Of a stretch of 64,000 nucleotides of DNA, positions 9,049-17,461 are shown in pieces; position 1 is the stretch's first letter, and each line of letters starts with the position of its first letter. The stretch is from a virus. The notes under the pieces are model-generated. The model made no database searches, was not told where the DNA came from, and worked only from the letters and a program-made list of their open reading frames with translations. Location of the stretch: the IMG/VR virus record IMGVR_UViG_3300031975_001631; one strand, given 5' to 3'. A program made the translations under genes and the position numbers.

Positions 9049-10712
9049 CAGTTGTAATCCCACATGTAAGACATATCACCATATGTTGATGACATCTCCT
9101 TATCTACAGTCCACCTATCTCCACCTTCAACAAATGTCTCATCATCTAATCCATCACTGATAAATCCAAAAGGTGCCATATCTTGTTCGATCTGATCTTT
9201 CTGATCTTCATAGATTCTCTTGCGGACATCATTGTCCGTCATCTCTCTGAAGTAATCTTGAGCTACTAACCATGCAAAAATAACTAAACACATTGCAAGG
9301 TCATCGTGGCATCCATCTTCCGCTTCCCACGACTGTTTCTTCTGGATGAATGTCGTCAATTCTGCAATGATATCATAATCACTGGTTACGAGTTTATCTT
9401 CTTCTATTAATGCCTTTAGATTTGAGCAACCAGTCTTCTTTACAGCAGCGGTCATTCGGACACCCAGTTGGGTTTTCTTACCACTGAAACCTGTACCTAC
9501 TTGTTGACCTGCTCTACCTCTCATAGAGCACATCAGCATATTCTCATATTCTAGATCGTATTGTAAAATTGATGAAACCTGTTCTCCAATATCATTAACC
9601 TCAACCAATACATAAGCATTGTTATAAGCTTTCGCCATATCCAAAATAATATTTGGGAATAGCATGGGCTTAATTTCATTATTCTTATATCTTGCTACAG
9701 TTTTATATGGGAACTCTGAAATATCAAAAATTACAAATGCCGAATAGTCATGATCAATGCCACGCGCAGTGTCAACAGTTACGATATAATCACGATCCTT
9801 CTTTGGTTCTTCATATACCACGAGTCCCTTTCCATTGTTTTGTATTGGGTCGTCAAAAACAAGATTTCTTAATTTAGCAACACTAATAAGAGTATCAACG
9901 GATCCAAGGAATTCGCATTCAAACTCAACTTTAAACTGTTGGTCTGAGGTGTTGGCAATGGTTTGTGCCTTCCACGCTGCATCCCTACCAGGGACTTCAG
10001 ACCAGTGAACTTCTGTTGCAGTATATTCGTTTTTTCCTCTTTGTGCATCATGCCAGTATCTGTAAAAATGGTTCATGCCGTGAGGCGTTGAAACCATGAT
10101 TACCTTTGTGCTTTTACCAGAAGTAATAGTAGGATAAACAGAGGCAAAGAACGACTCTGCAATATGATTTGGAACGAACGCAAACTCATCGAGGAAGATG
10201 ATGTTAAACGACATACCTCTGACAGCACTTGCAGATGTAGATGCTGCCAATATCTTACTGCCATTTTCTAGCTCCATACTACCTTTGTTCCAGGATAGAA
10301 TACCCTGTTGCATCCACTTTGGCAAGTTCTCATATGCAGTTTGTAACCTACTTAAAAGCTCTCTTGCTGTTGCTGCTTTGTTGGCAAGTATACCAACATT
10401 GACACTATCATTAAAAACAATAAAATGTAAAAGATAAGATACGCAAGTTGTAGACTTACCAGTCTGTCTTGGCATCTTACAGATATTAAATCGTTTCTCA
10501 TGGAAATTGCGAATTAATTTCTCTTGAAATCCCCACATCTTAAAAGGTACAAGACCTTCATCCAGAGAAACAATTTTTACATAGTTCTTTGCAAAATATA
10601 CTGGATCATCTTTACATTTTAAATATTCTTTGACATCTTCTTTGGAAAATTCTACAGAAGTATTTGCTTTTTTTAGGTTAGGATTACCTAAGTAAATTTC
10701 ATTTGAAGACAT
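9048..10712 (-). CDS. gp17: Terminase large subunit
   Basis: 554 aa; Walker A PRQTGKST, Walker B IIFLDEFAF, VSTPHG, VDTARG, HDDLAMCL. Confidence 0.99.
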   Translation of the reverse strand: MSSNEIYLGNPNLKKANTSVEFSKEDVKEYLKCKDDPVYFAKNYVKIVSLDEGLVPFKMWGFQEKLIRNFHEKRFNICKMPRQTGKSTTCVSYLLHFIVFNDSVNVGILANKAATARELLSRLQTAYENLPKWMQQGILSWNKGSMELENGSKILAASTSASAVRGMSFNIIFLDEFAFVPNHIAESFFASVYPTITSGKSTKVIMVSTPHGMNHFYRYWHDAQRGKNEYTATEVHWSEVPGRDAAWKAQTIANTSDQQFKVEFECEFLGSVDTLISVAKLRNLVFDDPIQNNGKGLVVYEEPKKDRDYIVTVDTARGIDHDYSAFVIFDISEFPYKTVARYKNNEIKPMLFPNIILDMAKAYNNAYVLVEVNDIGEQVSSILQYDLEYENMLMCSMRGRAGQQVGTGFSGKKTQLGVRMTAAVKKTGCSNLKALIEEDKLVTSDYDIIAELTTFIQKKQSWEAEDGCHDDLAMCLVIFAWLVAQDYFREMTDNDVRKRIYEDQKDQIEQDMAPFGFISDGLDDETFVEGGDRWTVDKEMSSTYGDMSYMWDYN

Positions 10713-10795
10713 TATTTTCTATAAGGTAGTGGCCAAGTAATGTGCATTGCAAAACATAGCAATGAGACAAAAGAAAATACAAATACTGCGCTCAT
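10712..10795 (-). CDS. 27-aa single-TM microprotein, not in ORF track
   Basis: MSAVFVFSFVSLLCFAMHITWPLPYRK; ATGA overlap upstream and TAATG overlap with the gp17 start. Confidence 0.65.
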   Translation of the reverse strand: MSAVFVFSFVSLLCFAMHITWPLPYRK

Positions 10796-10980
10796 GATCT
10801 TGGCTTAGAATCGGGACTGGGGATTAATTGATATGCCATTTTGTCTCTTAATTTATTTACACGCTCTTCGTTGTACTGCTTGAAGTTTCCTCGCTTCTCA
10901 ACTTTCTTGTAGTAATGTAATGCATTAAGGATGATAGCATAGTCATCCATATCTAATTCAAAATTCATAGTTGATATCAC
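10792..10980 (-). CDS. Hypothetical protein
   Basis: 62 aa ORF in a coupled gene chain; probable start MNFELDMDDY. Confidence 0.7.
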   Translation of the reverse strand: MISTMNFELDMDDYAIILNALHYYKKVEKRGNFKQYNEERVNKLRDKMAYQLIPSPDSKPRS

Positions 10981-11051
10981 ATGTTAGTTCGCATTTTTCT
11001 CCTCCAAACTCAGAGTCTGGGATAAAGACACTAGATCCACAGACAACACTT

Positions 11052-11510
11052 CTACACCATCGTGCCGTGTGCCCTTCTGATTTCTCTGAGTGCTTCAAGG
11101 TCCATGTTTTTTGTTCCTCCGTCATAAGCATGAGCATAACCCTCCTCAATCATTTGCTCGTTAAGGGACACACTGTCGTCCCCAATGTAAAGCCAACCCA
11201 GAAGACGCCCGTATTTGCCAGTGCCACCAACAAGTTCAGTCCTAACAGACAACTCATCATCACCAGCCAAAGTGCCTTCGAGTTTTTCTTTGAGCCAGTT
11301 GGTTGCGTCGATTCCAAGTGCCTTCTCCTCTAAGTTTCTGGTCCTCTTCTCTGGCGTATCAACTCCTGCAACTCTAACTCTTTCTTTCTTGTATAGATCA
11401 AACCCGAGGTCGATAGTAACATCAATAGTATCACCATCAAGGACACGATTGATCTCCGTCACTCGGAAGTTGTAGCAACTCTTCCTGCTCGGTGGTGTCA
11501 TGGCTCCCAT
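11052..11510 (-). CDS. Thermonuclease (SNase-like) endonuclease
   Basis: RVLDGDTIDV, RVAGVDTPE, GKYGRLLG, LNEQMIEEGYA. Confidence 0.9.
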   Translation of the reverse strand: MGAMTPPSRKSCYNFRVTEINRVLDGDTIDVTIDLGFDLYKKERVRVAGVDTPEKRTRNLEEKALGIDATNWLKEKLEGTLAGDDELSVRTELVGGTGKYGRLLGWLYIGDDSVSLNEQMIEEGYAHAYDGGTKNMDLEALREIRRAHGTMV

Positions 11511-11640
11511 TTTCTTTTTCGTCGATTCCTAGTATATAGTAAATGACATAAAGAGCCATACAAACAGAAAGAAATACCATAAAGATCACCGACCATACAG
11601 GATCGTTTACATTAGTATGTGGTTGTAATAGTAAATTCAT
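11437..11640 (-). CDS. Small TM hypothetical protein
   Basis: MNLLLQP...WSVIFMVFLSVCMALYVIYYILG hydrophobic helix; 3' end overlaps the nuclease start. Confidence 0.6.
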   Translation of the reverse strand: MNLLLQPHTNVNDPVWSVIFMVFLSVCMALYVIYYILGIDEKENGSHDTTEQEELLQLPSDGDQSCP

Positions 11641-12020
11641 GATTTTAACCACCTAAGTCTAGAAGTATCTTTCCGTTTTTCTTTCATTAGAAATCTATTA
11701 ACAGAGAGTAAAGACTTCCCACCATGCTCCTTAATTTTAACACGCTTATTCTTATGATCACCACCAAATAATTTACCATAGGTCATCACTGGTTTAGGAT
11801 CTTTAAATGTTTTGGGGTCAGACAGTTCAAGATTTCTCTTCAAAAGTTTTTTAACTCTTGAAGTCTGCTCTACATTTTCTGGGAATTGTTTATTAACATA
11901 ATCCTTTCCTAAATTCAATCTATGTTGAAGCATTACATCTTTATCAAAATCAAAGAGAACTTCTATATCCTCAATAGTAATATTTTCTGCTGTTATTTTT
12001 TTACCGTTATATTCTATCAT
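11637..12020 (-). CDS. Hypothetical protein
   Basis: 127 aa ORF, coupled to its neighbours. Confidence 0.7.
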   Translation of the reverse strand: MIEYNGKKITAENITIEDIEVLFDFDKDVMLQHRLNLGKDYVNKQFPENVEQTSRVKKLLKRNLELSDPKTFKDPKPVMTYGKLFGGDHKNKRVKIKEHGGKSLLSVNRFLMKEKRKDTSRLRWLKS

Positions 12021-12021
12021 T

Positions 12022-12969
12022 TTAAACTAGCGGAAGTCCTAAACCTTGAAGTTTGCGACGATTATTAGATCCAGGTTTAGCCCAGTCACTTAATCCCTTT
12101 ATAATGTTTTGCTTCATGTAAGCAGGAGTTGCTGGACTTTTATATTCATTAATCATTTCCCAAAGAGTATCAGGACCCATAGCGATTGGTCCTGGATAAT
12201 AATTTGGATCGCCAATACCATCCCGACTTATAACCGAAGCGACTCTTTTTGATTGTGATCTTACACCTACATCAGTCATTACTGGATTTCCTTTGGGAAT
12301 CCCACTCCCATCAACTGGAATCAATAATGTATACGGATATAAAACTCTTGATGCATGGGGTGCAACATTACTTGTACCAGGTGGGTAATATGCGGCACCC
12401 CCTCTGCACTGACCAAGCAAACAATCTATACCCGACCACATGTAAATTGTTTTTTGTGTAAAATTTCCTTCTGTGTAAGCTTGAGCAAATTTTCTAGCAA
12501 ACTCATTATAACTTACACCAAAAACATTACTCAATTGATATACATGGTTATACCCATTCTCATTAATATACCCAAGAGAAGTTCCAGTCAATGCCATACT
12601 ACCAGAAAATGCCATAGCATATGGTGTTCCAATATACTTACTGCCGTCACTGGTTTCAATTTGAGGCATTTCTAATCTAGGTTGGGTAACCCCATTAATA
12701 TCTGTAGTCTGCAATTGACTAAGATTTGGAAGAACACCCGGAGTACCATCTCCTTGAGCTGCACTATCCCATACAAAAGAACTTAGGTCAGAAAAATCAC
12801 CAAGAGGTGCTGGCTCAAATGTTGGTCCAACCTCAAGCACTTCGGGGGATGTATCCACTACAGAATACATACCGGCTGTTACCATCTTCTCTTTAAGAAA
12901 AGCAATCTTCTCATCAATTTTAACAAGTGGTTTTGTGTATTGTATTGCTTTTTGATACCTATTCATCAC
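12022..12969 (-). CDS. Hypothetical late (possibly virion) protein
   Basis: 315 aa; TAAATA at 12988-12993 upstream. Confidence 0.75.
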   Translation of the reverse strand: MMNRYQKAIQYTKPLVKIDEKIAFLKEKMVTAGMYSVVDTSPEVLEVGPTFEPAPLGDFSDLSSFVWDSAAQGDGTPGVLPNLSQLQTTDINGVTQPRLEMPQIETSDGSKYIGTPYAMAFSGSMALTGTSLGYINENGYNHVYQLSNVFGVSYNEFARKFAQAYTEGNFTQKTIYMWSGIDCLLGQCRGGAAYYPPGTSNVAPHASRVLYPYTLLIPVDGSGIPKGNPVMTDVGVRSQSKRVASVISRDGIGDPNYYPGPIAMGPDTLWEMINEYKSPATPAYMKQNIIKGLSDWAKPGSNNRRKLQGLGLPLV

Positions 12970-12986
12970 AACAAGTGACTTTATAA

Positions 12987-13166
12987 TTATTTAGATACCC
13001 TTCTAGTTTTATTGAATGGTTCCCAGTGCTGCCATCCATACCTATGTACTAAATCCATCCCTACAATAGGTACAACAATTAGTGCAAGACTTAATGCACC
13101 AACTCCAAAAGGGTTATTGAGTGTAGCAGCAGCAAAGTGTGCTGCCTTGAGGGCTATATTGGTCAT
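12987..13166 (-). CDS. 59-aa membrane protein of cyanobacterial type, not in ORF track
   Basis: MTNIALKAAHFAAATLNNPFGVGALSLALIVVPIVGMDLVHRYGWQHWEPFNKTRRVSK; ATGA overlap. Confidence 0.75.
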   Translation of the reverse strand: MTNIALKAAHFAAATLNNPFGVGALSLALIVVPIVGMDLVHRYGWQHWEPFNKTRRVSK

Positions 13167-13372
13167 ACATATCCTCCCCAGGTTTTCCAGAAGTCTAAAA
13201 AGTAAAAGTTAATCTCACTTATAGTTCCATTAGGTGCTTCTTCATTCTCAGTCTCAGACCACTTTTTACAGAATCTAGAAATATCATTTGAAGCCATTAC
13301 ATGATTTACGCCAAACATTCTAGCGAATGCACTCATAGCAAAATCATAACGCAGTTTAATGTGCTGTTCCAT
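13163..13372 (-). CDS. Hypothetical protein (true start ~13372/13378, not 13489)
   Basis: MEQHIKLRYDFAMSAFARMFG...DFWKTWGGYV; the upstream part of the track ORF is occupied by ndhP in another frame. Confidence 0.65.
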   Translation of the reverse strand: MEQHIKLRYDFAMSAFARMFGVNHVMASNDISRFCKKWSETENEEAPNGTISEINFYFLDFWKTWGGYV

Positions 13373-13493
13373 TTCCATCATAATCATCGCTTTCATAATA
13401 AAAATTTTCTCCCCGATAAAATGCGAAGAATACTGTCGATAATACAAATGGAATTGAAATCCACAGTAATATGTTTCCGAATAATCCACTCAT
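13356..13493 (-). CDS. ndhP: NdhP-like subunit of cyanobacterial NDH-1L, not in ORF track
   Basis: 45 aa MSGLFGNILLWISIPFVLSTVFFAFYRGENFYYESDDYDGNGTAH: one TM helix plus the YxSDxYxGNGxAH C-terminus I recognise from NdhP; ATGA overlap with the upstream gene. Confidence 0.85.
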   Translation of the reverse strand: MSGLFGNILLWISIPFVLSTVFFAFYRGENFYYESDDYDGNGTAH

Positions 13494-13681
13494 AGCTTTA
13501 ATTCTAACCAAGGTAACAGTGGTGGTATTATGCCTATAAGTCTAAGGAGACCCTCAGCAAATAAAGCGAGAACAACCCAACCGACACACATAGAAATAAT
13601 TCCAGCATTACGGTTGTGTCTACGAATTGCGTCATCGATCATCCCTTGACATTGTTCTTTTGTTATGTAACTTTTGGACAT
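13490..13681 (-). CDS. 63-aa membrane protein
   Basis: MIDDAIRRHNRNAGIISMCVGWVVLALFAEGLLRLIGIIPP; start abuts the petE stop (TAAATG). Confidence 0.8.
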   Translation of the reverse strand: MSKSYITKEQCQGMIDDAIRRHNRNAGIISMCVGWVVLALFAEGLLRLIGIIPPLLPWLELKL

Positions 13682-14005
13682 TTACTCCACATGAATTACG
13701 CCTGTCATGCCTGCACCTTGGTGAGGACCACAGAAATAATTATAGTCACCTTTATCAGCAAATACAACATCTTGTGATTCGCCAGGAGCAAACAGTAGTG
13801 CTTCTCTTGAAAGATCTGCACGACCTTCAACAATAATGTTATGAGGAGGTAGAGCCTCATTAACAAAATGAACTGTGTCACCTGCAGAGATTGTGATCTC
13901 ATTCGGTTCAAATACTAGATTACCACCAGCACCCATTGAGACATCAACTGCCCATGCAGGAATAGCAAAAAAGAATGTAACTAGAAAGAAACAAATAGCT
14001 CTCAT
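13682..14005 (-). CDS. petE: Plastocyanin (auxiliary metabolic gene)
   Basis: Signal peptide ending AWA; LVFEP, PPHN and YFCGPHQGAGM supply the His/Cys/His/Met copper ligands. Confidence 0.97.
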   Translation of the reverse strand: MRAICFFLVTFFFAIPAWAVDVSMGAGGNLVFEPNEITISAGDTVHFVNEALPPHNIIVEGRADLSREALLFAPGESQDVVFADKGDYNYFCGPHQGAGMTGVIHVE

Positions 14006-14076
14006 TGAGTATTATGCAACTGTACTATCTAGCACATTCTTAGTAGTTTATTCCTAAAATTATTAGGGTTTCAGAA

Positions 14077-14382
14077 CTAAAAACCCATCTCCTCTCCGAA
14101 GTCTCTCATCTTCTCCATAGACTCTTTTTTCTCCTTAATTGCACCGTCAATAAATCCCGCTCTATATGCCCATGTTACACCGCCTTCAATACCTTTTGAT
14201 GGATTGATGCATTGTTCATTACCTAACTTGTTACAGACTAAACCAGCAAGGTCTAATTCACTACCTTCGTTAGCAGTACCTCTCCATACATGCTTTCCAT
14301 TAATCCAAGTTGCCCCACATTTTTCGCATTCTTCACGCTGCAGCTTGAGGTCCGAAAATTTATCGTCAGCCATTGTTATCAC
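14077..14382 (-). CDS. Cys-rich hypothetical protein
   Basis: CEKCGATWING...LAGLVCN...CINP. Confidence 0.75.
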   Translation of the reverse strand: MITMADDKFSDLKLQREECEKCGATWINGKHVWRGTANEGSELDLAGLVCNKLGNEQCINPSKGIEGGVTWAYRAGFIDGAIKEKKESMEKMRDFGEEMGF

Positions 14383-14560
14383 TCCGGGAGAAAATTCCTA
14401 ATTCTTTTTCTAATTTTTTTTTCATAAAATAAAGCTTTACTTTTATAATTGCATATCTGATAGTAAGATCAATATAATGAATTAGCTTCATCGTTTCCTC
14501 TATGCCCCCATAGGCAATGAGTAAAACGAAACATGCTACTAGTAGATAAAATCCTGTCAT
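14366..14560 (-). CDS. Small TM hypothetical protein
   Basis: 64 aa with N-terminal hydrophobic helix; ATAAATA at 14594-14600. Confidence 0.7.
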   Translation of the reverse strand: MTGFYLLVACFVLLIAYGGIEETMKLIHYIDLTIRYAIIKVKLYFMKKKLEKELGIFSRSDNNG

Positions 14561-14648
14561 AAGAAAAGTATCAACTCTATACCATTATAGAGATATTTAT
14601 TTGATCTGTCTGTTATTTTTACACATAAAAGTCATGGATTCCAATCAA

Positions 14649-15926
14649 TTACCTTTGTTCAATCCAGTTTAATACTGCGAGTGCTTTCTTGTTAGTATTA
14701 GGTGAAGCACATGCTAAAGTGTATATATCACTTATCGTTCCAATACCAGTTCTACCGATTTGTAGTGCTGCCTTATCATCAACTTCTACAAGAGAAGAAC
14801 CACCAGAAATCGTAAATCCACTCAGGACAATATTTCCACCAGCTGTAGCAGTAGCACTTGTGTCGTATTGCATAAAGGAGTTTGGATTTGAACCATCTGT
14901 CCAATTTGCACCAGTTAATGTTGGGTTCTCAATCAATCTCCAATAGACATTAGTATTATCATTCGTTACTGCTTGTAGAGATCTAATCAGAGCAACAGCA
15001 CCCAATTGATCCTCTTTTAATCTGAGACTTACGACTGGATAAAATGTATTTGCAGCTGCCAGTGTAGTGCCAGTAATAGGATTAGCAATACTTTCAAGAA
15101 TACCAAGTTTCTCTGGTTCACCTTCTTGAATTAGAGAGTTAGATCCTTGATACAGGTAATGAGTTCCAGCAACACCAGTTATATTTTCAATCTCAACACG
15201 AATGGGAAGGAACGGAGTGGAACACCAAACAGTATCCAAAGTATTTGAGTTCTCAAATGTATGAGACGGAATTGTCTCATTTTTCATTAACCATGCAAAC
15301 TCTACAAGACCAGCACCATACCACTCATAGTTGATGGAAATCATCTGCTGTTTTGTTGGATCAGCAGTTACACCACTATATCCATTACCATCAAACTTCT
15401 CACCGTTCCAATCGTCTCTGTATACTCTTCTTTCAGTAACAATACCTGTCGTATTACTACGAATTACATAAGCATAAGTTCCACCATTATCCTCAAAATA
15501 AGCACCATTATTATCATCAAACAATCCAAACCTTCTACGAATACCGACTTGTGGAGTATCAAGACGAATTGAAAAGGCAAGAGTAGCACTTCTACCAGGA
15601 ATGTATCTCATTACATTCTTAGTCTGACGAACTACACTACTACCAGCAGCAGAACCAACTTCCATTACTACATTACTGGATGATGCATTAAAGGTAGCAG
15701 TTGCACCGACTCCGACTAATCTTTCATCCCATACATCAGTTTCTTTGCCGTACTGGAAGGTATTGAAGAAGACTGTTTGATATGGAGAAACCTTTAATCT
15801 ATTGTTATTAGAAAACTGAGGTCTCCAATCTGTCTGGTTTCCCCAGTGATCAGCAATATTATATACTTCAAAAAGGGTTCTTTCTTGATTGAGAAAGTCC
15901 TGTGTATTCTTATTCCACTGTGCCAT
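14649..15926 (-). CDS. Putative virion structural protein
   Basis: 425 aa beta-rich ORF, last gene of the late operon behind TAAATA 17148-17153. Confidence 0.75.
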   Translation of the reverse strand: MAQWNKNTQDFLNQERTLFEVYNIADHWGNQTDWRPQFSNNNRLKVSPYQTVFFNTFQYGKETDVWDERLVGVGATATFNASSSNVVMEVGSAAGSSVVRQTKNVMRYIPGRSATLAFSIRLDTPQVGIRRRFGLFDDNNGAYFEDNGGTYAYVIRSNTTGIVTERRVYRDDWNGEKFDGNGYSGVTADPTKQQMISINYEWYGAGLVEFAWLMKNETIPSHTFENSNTLDTVWCSTPFLPIRVEIENITGVAGTHYLYQGSNSLIQEGEPEKLGILESIANPITGTTLAAANTFYPVVSLRLKEDQLGAVALIRSLQAVTNDNTNVYWRLIENPTLTGANWTDGSNPNSFMQYDTSATATAGGNIVLSGFTISGGSSLVEVDDKAALQIGRTGIGTISDIYTLACASPNTNKKALAVLNWIEQR

Positions 15927-15928
15927 GA

Positions 15929-16237
15929 TTAATCTTCAACCCATGATTGCATAGCTGGGTTAAATCTTTTTTTATTAACGACAGTAATGTCAGATTTTTC
16001 TTCAGAAACTGGATATATTTTCTGGACCATAGCTCCAGGATATTCCTTTTGTAACTGTTCGGATAATTCTTTTTCTGTTGGAAGAGAATCTCTAACAGTA
16101 GATAAATCCATACGATAGAGCTTACCTTCCCAAACTACATCAGCACCGAACTCTTCATTTTTGGGAGTCTCAATATCATCAGTATCAATAGTAATTGTAA
16201 TTTTGCTTTCCGACAAAAATTCTTTAAAGTTTTTCAT
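15929..16237 (-). CDS. Candidate head internal protein with a T4 CTS-like N-terminus
   Basis: Starts MKNFKEFLSE, compare T4 IPIII MKTYQEFIAE. Confidence 0.6.
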   Translation of the reverse strand: MKNFKEFLSESKITITIDTDDIETPKNEEFGADVVWEGKLYRMDLSTVRDSLPTEKELSEQLQKEYPGAMVQKIYPVSEEKSDITVVNKKRFNPAMQSWVED

Positions 16238-17118
16238 TAGTTACAGTCCCAAGCTCTAAGTGATTTGTTGATTCTGCTATCAGGATCTCTTGCTGTCTCA
16301 GCAGAAGTGAGTTTTTTCTTCATGCCTTTCATCCTTGCACAGAATGATGCTCTTCTCTTATTACCCTTCACTTTAGATGGTCGTTTTAAGTTATGTCCAT
16401 CTGCTTTGGCAGACTTTCGTCCCTTCTCATTGAGTCCACCCTCAGGATTCTGTCCTTCTTTGCGAGTCCATGCAGCACCTTCCTCTACTTTCTTAGAGAT
16501 ATTTTTAATAGCAAATGTGTCCCAATAGTCGGGACCATAAGCACACTCTTCTCTAGCTTCCATCTTCTCACACTTAGGACAGAATCTCATATCTGTCTCT
16601 TCAATTAACTTACCTTCTGGCTCGACAGATTGATTGAGCATTTGATTGGTCATCTTATCAATCCTCATCTTTCTATCACCAAGTTTGCCAGCAAGTCCTT
16701 GATTTCCAGTGGGACCCTTAACTTGTTTCTTAGCAAGTGGGTTTTTAATATCTAGATTGGGGTGACCAATATATCCGTCTCCAGGTTTGCCGCCAACAAC
16801 TTCACCAATCATATCACCTTCTGGTTGATAACCAGCCATTTGTGTTGATGGTTTCTTTTGAGCTAAAGGAGGAAGTTGTGCTCCAGATTTCTTTAAGAAC
16901 GCATCCTTCTCATTAGGATTAGTTGTGCTCTTTCCTTTATTATAAATCTTAGTACCTTTCATCGCTCCACGATGTCCAGGACCAATAGTAAAACTTCCCT
17001 CTGTAATTTTTACAGAAGAGTCATCAACTTTAGGAGATTCAAAATCTCCTGTAGTTGACGGTTTCTTCTTCTTTGATTCTGATAGGAAACTAGAAATATC
17101 GGAATATGACAGTGCCAT
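16237..17118 (-). CDS. Low-complexity late protein with a basic C-terminal domain (DUF6321-like, from memory)
   Basis: AWTRKEGQNPEGGLNEKGRKS...RRASFCARMKGMK...SRINKSLRAWDC. Confidence 0.65.
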   Translation of the reverse strand: MALSYSDISSFLSESKKKKPSTTGDFESPKVDDSSVKITEGSFTIGPGHRGAMKGTKIYNKGKSTTNPNEKDAFLKKSGAQLPPLAQKKPSTQMAGYQPEGDMIGEVVGGKPGDGYIGHPNLDIKNPLAKKQVKGPTGNQGLAGKLGDRKMRIDKMTNQMLNQSVEPEGKLIEETDMRFCPKCEKMEAREECAYGPDYWDTFAIKNISKKVEEGAAWTRKEGQNPEGGLNEKGRKSAKADGHNLKRPSKVKGNKRRASFCARMKGMKKKLTSAETARDPDSRINKSLRAWDCN

Positions 17119-17146
17119 GCCTAAAAACTATAGAACCATGATTCTA

Positions 17147-17437
17147 TTATTTAGGTTTATCTTCTGTCTTATCTAAAGTAGGTGCTTGCTTTGATTCATC
17201 CTTCTTTTTCGAGGCAACGACACCAAAAGTCGCTAAAGTTCCCGTGAACACGCTGGCTATAAAAGTCGGATCGATGTTTTTTTGAGGAATGCCAGGAACA
17301 GTTACATAATTAAGAGTCAGAATTGCTGCTGACCATCCAAGAATAATAACTCGGACGAGAGTTGATACACCCTCATCCGCCCACTCAAATTTATTTTCCT
17401 TTTTGGCTTCCTCTTTCTTCTTTGGATTTGATTCCAT
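17147..17437 (-). CDS. Two-TM membrane protein (holin-like topology, function unproven)
   Basis: Charged termini flanking LVRVIILGWSAAILTLNYV and FIASVFTGTLATFGVV; ATAAATA at 17459-17465. Confidence 0.7.
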   Translation of the reverse strand: MESNPKKKEEAKKENKFEWADEGVSTLVRVIILGWSAAILTLNYVTVPGIPQKNIDPTFIASVFTGTLATFGVVASKKKDESKQAPTLDKTEDKPK

Positions 17438-17461
17438 GAGTAAAGAGTCAGGCTCTTTTAT

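Noticed and set aside
326-10712. Introns or inteins in gp23, gp20, gp18 or gp17
   Set aside because: All are single uninterrupted ORFs of ordinary length with no intein or homing-endonuclease motifs
10712-10795. PetN or another known cytochrome b6f/PSII small subunit
   Set aside because: Size is similar but I recognise no matching residues
13373-13489. N-terminal extension of track ORF 13163..13489
   Set aside because: The region is better explained by ndhP in another frame with an ATGA-coupled start
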